64,000 nucleotides of DNA from Chryseolinea sp. (GTDB lineage: Bacteria > Bacteroidota > Bacteroidia > Cytophagales > Cyclobacteriaceae). Below are positions 63,053 to 64,000 of the stretch, in pieces. Each line of letters starts with the position of its first letter. Within the stretch, counting starts at the first letter, position 1. The notes below the pieces were generated by a model. It saw only the letters and a list, made by a program, of their open reading frames with translations, was not told the DNA's origin and ran no database searches. The stretch is from assembly GCA_965227495.1 (NCBI GenBank), contig OZ245766.1:5580536-5644535 (forward strand). The letters run 5' to 3'. Made by a program: the position numbers and the translations under genes.

Positions 63053-64000
63053 TCAATGGTGAAGCCCATTCGTACTCGCCAATCTTGATGACCCCTTATT
63101 TAATTTCACAACTATTGGCTGACTAAAGGAAATCTCTATCCTCCTATTAATTTCTCTGCCCTCCAACTCATCATCATTAGAAACTAAAGGTCTTTTCGAT
63201 CCGTATGCTTTCAGTGTAATCCGTCTTGGATCAATTTCATTTCTTGTTAAATATTTTGCTAATGCATTTGCGCGTTTTATAGAAAGCGCCATGTTGAGTA
63301 AATCGCTTCCTGTATTATCCGTATGTCCTTCAATGAGAACATTAGATGTAAGATCATTTCTTAAGAATTTTAGAATATCATCCACCTTCGATAATGATGT
63401 AGTATTCAATTCATCTTTTCCAATGTCAAAGAATAAAAACTTTCGCGCTGCCATTTTTGATTCTGTTGAAGCAGGACTTGTTTGACTGATCACATAATCA
63501 TCTTGAGATTCTTTAATTGCTCTCTTTCCATCGGCTATTTCAACAGGAGGTATTACAGTGTTTAGTTTGGGTGGGTCTACTTGCTCTTGCTGGGCAATGA
63601 CTTGTGCAATTTCTTTTTCGGGTTCGATAAACGTGAGTGTATAAATCTCGGCATTACCCTCTTCACGCATCGTGGAAAAGTACGCTCTTCTTTTGTCTTG
63701 CGAGAAAGCAAAGAAGCTATCATCTTCAATCGAATTTACTGGATAACCCATATTAACAGGCTTCTGCCAAGCGCCATCTTTAAACTCGCTTTTAAAAATA
63801 TCCATTCCTCCCATGGTTGGATGTCCATCAGATGAAAAATAAAGTGTCGTCCCATCCGGATCCACAACAGGTGAATCTTCTCTTCCTTCTGTGTTAATGG
63901 TAGGTCCGAGATTATTTGCCTTTCCCCAATCACCAGTTTGTTCCATTTCACTCACATAAATATCAAGATTGCCTAATCCTCCCGGGCGATTGCTCGTGAA
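63053..64000 (-). CDS. OmpA-family protein with PD40/TolB-like repeats; partial, N-terminus beyond the window end
   Basis: The frame stays open upstream of the track's Met (63955) to base 64000: FTSNRPGGLGNLDIYVSEMEQ, a PD40-repeat-like segment. C-terminal OmpA_C motifs GHTDNTGSDLLNMALSIKRA and NRRIEISF. Confidence 0.8.
   Translation of the reverse strand, partial: FTSNRPGGLGNLDIYVSEMEQTGDWGKANNLGPTINTEGREDSPVVDPDGTTLYFSSDGHPTMGGMDIFKSEFKDGAWQKPVNMGYPVNSIEDDSFFAFSQDKRRAYFSTMREEGNAEIYTLTFIEPEKEIAQVIAQQEQVDPPKLNTVIPPVEIADGKRAIKESQDDYVISQTSPASTESKMAARKFLFFDIGKDELNTTSLSKVDDILKFLRNDLTSNVLIEGHTDNTGSDLLNMALSIKRANALAKYLTRNEIDPRRITLKAYGSKRPLVSNDDELEGREINRRIEISFSQPIVVKLNKGSSRLASTNGLHH

Noticed and set aside
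1-64000. Search for tRNA, rRNA, tmRNA, RNase P, SRP RNA, transposases, integrases, phage or defence genes (RT, Cas, restriction enzymes, toxin-antitoxin pairs)
   Set aside because: I saw no T-loop (GGTTCGAATCC-like) motif and no GAGGAAAGTCC or GAAGCAGCC signatures in intergenic regions. No ORF has DDE, tyrosine-recombinase, RT or nuclease hallmarks. By eye the window looks like core chromosome. A profile-based scan could still find something I missed.

Overview
This is a dense chromosomal window of about 50 CDS. It looks AT-rich (roughly 40% GC by eye, not computed). I read it as Bacteroidota, probably Cytophagia/Sphingobacteriia-like. The grounds are many exact TAnnTTTG -7 promoter boxes, CarboxypepD_reg-type TonB receptors, a DUF1573 protein, a long NusB, and the conserved order nusB - DUF1573 - yajC - YbbR - coaE. 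Recognisable housekeeping genes are ppc, pyrH, frr, coaE, yajC, nusB, mutS and prmA. There is also an RND efflux operon (adaptor, pump, TolC), an MsbA-like ABC exporter, a DsbD-like reductase, an M23 peptidase, a patatin/Omp85-type protein, several OmpA/PD40 envelope proteins and an ECF sigma factor. I found no rRNA, tRNA, CRISPR array, transposase, integrase, phage gene or obvious defence-island hallmark. Non-coding features supported by the sequence are a TPP (THI-box) riboswitch in front of a TonB-dependent receptor, and two copies of a roughly 120-bp REP/MITE-like element built from CGCAAAG units, each 22-23 nt after the stop of an outer-membrane gene. There are also two adjacent perfect palindromes (23-bp and 24-bp stems) inside a 680-bp ORF-free gap, plus a few intrinsic terminators. 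The most unusual coding locus is a PadR-led operon at 14542 to 2607 on the minus strand. It encodes a secreted HExxH protease followed by four tandem duplicated-FtsX (MacB-like) permeases with no ATPase. The four permeases share an almost invariant ~55-aa N-terminal module, while the rest of each protein has diverged. All family assignments come from motifs read by eye; no database search was possible.
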